DNA of 64,000 nt from Aquabacterium sp. (GTDB lineage Bacteria > Pseudomonadota > Gammaproteobacteria > Burkholderiales > Burkholderiaceae_C): assembly GCF_050725395.1 (NCBI RefSeq), contig NZ_JBOHHL010000008.1, positions 22,736-86,735 of the forward strand, given 5' to 3'. Positions within the stretch are counted from its first letter, which is position 1. Every line of letters starts with the position of its first letter. The notes under the pieces were generated by a model. It was not told the DNA's origin. It did not search any database and saw nothing but the letters and a program-made list of their open reading frames with translations. Positions 63,426 through 64,000 of this stretch are shown in pieces. The translations under genes were made by a program, and so were the position numbers.

Positions 63426-63605
63426 GCGGCCCTGGCCTCAAAGGCCAAAATTGCGCGACAGAACTCCCTCAACTTCCACCACGGTCTGCCGAAAAGCAAC
63501 GCACCATTAGAGTGCTCCGCTCACCGCTTCCACCACGGTGCTGCATGAATGAGCCGCATGTGGACCGGATGGTCTGGTTCAAACCCGGTGGACGGAGAGA
63601 CAGTG

Positions 63606-64000
63606 ATGGAGTTCTTTCGCAAAGCCCGCATCAGCAGCAGGATGCTGGCGCTCGCCCTCATGAGTGGCTTGTTGACCCTGGCCATTGGCCTCGTTGGACT
63701 GACGCAGTCGTCCAGGATCAACGACATGGTCAACAGCATGTACGACGAAAACCTGGTGCCGGTTGCCGACATCGCCAATGCCAACATGGAGGCGATTTAC
63801 CACCACCGCGCCATGCTCACCTACGTGGCCCAGCCCGACCGGGAAGTGATGAAACGCATCGCGGCCGGTGCGGACAAAAACCTGGCCAAGATGAAAGAGC
63901 TGCTGGACAAGTACCGCAAGACGCAACTGACGCCGGCGGAGACCAGCCTGCTGGCCAAGCTGGACGAGGCGTGGCCGCCCTACCTGGCCGCCGCCAGCAA
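63606..64000 (+). CDS. Methyl-accepting chemotaxis protein, N-terminal part (runs off the window)
   Basis: Not in the ORF track because no stop is reached. ATG 63606 follows GGAGAG. MEFFRKARISSRMLALALMSGLLTLAIGLVGLTQSSRINDMVNSMYDENLVPVADIANANMEAIYHHR... is a 4HB_MCP-type sensor start. Confidence 0.78.
   Translation, partial: MEFFRKARISSRMLALALMSGLLTLAIGLVGLTQSSRINDMVNSMYDENLVPVADIANANMEAIYHHRAMLTYVAQPDREVMKRIAAGADKNLAKMKELLDKYRKTQLTPAETSLLAKLDEAWPPYLAAAS

Overview
This is a 64-kb, high-GC chromosomal segment (about 65% GC in the lines I hand-counted). Gene content and order look betaproteobacterial, Burkholderiales-like; that placement is inference. I support about 65 protein genes, one tRNA-Arg(ACG) and one SRP (4.5S) RNA. 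I saw no rRNA, CRISPR array, transposase or integrase.

Gene order:
- a giant GMC-oxidoreductase/alpha-beta-hydrolase fusion plus a PhoD-like phosphoesterase
- ffs, aroB, a small lipoprotein, dgt
- a divergent putative flagellin-modification pair: a TPR/SPINDLY-type glycosyltransferase and a glycosyltransferase-methyltransferase fusion
- a late flagellar block: fliC-fliC-fliD-[low-GC RCC1-repeat gene]-fliD-like-fliS-fliT-ycgR
- hemCDXY, tRNA-Arg, a GGDEF sensor, DUF1993, two hsp20 genes
- ylqF, a UvrD-like helicase and a NYN/LOTUS protein
- a soluble 2xPAS MCP with cheR and cheD
- DUF3297, DsbA-like, O-methyltransferase, TetR, a secreted PETase/cutinase-like polyesterase, and a dienelactone hydrolase
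- AraC/GyrI plus two PEP-CTERM proteins
- glnS-marR, a GNAT-like orphan, trpS (YegP-fused) with a DUF3717/DUF1289 gene, purN, and a third PEP-CTERM protein
- an orphan OmpR-type regulator divergent from a 3-gene operon that ends in an orphan flgH
- a LuxR-type response regulator plus a permease-fused hybrid histidine kinase
- urtABCDE-fmdA-fmdB and the start of another MCP

Best candidates for undescribed biology:
- the orphan flgH operon (50.9-52.5 kb)
- the flagellin-modification, RCC1 and second-FliD arrangement (8.5-18.7 kb)
- the oxidase-hydrolase fusion with a Cys nucleophile (0-5.6 kb)
- the PETase-like enzyme (38.7-39.6 kb)
- the permease/Cys-cluster hybrid kinase (53.1-56.6 kb)
- the ylqF-coupled helicase with a degenerate P-loop next to NYN/LOTUS (28-32.4 kb)

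All calls come from reading the sequence and ORF translations by eye. No searches or folding programs were run.
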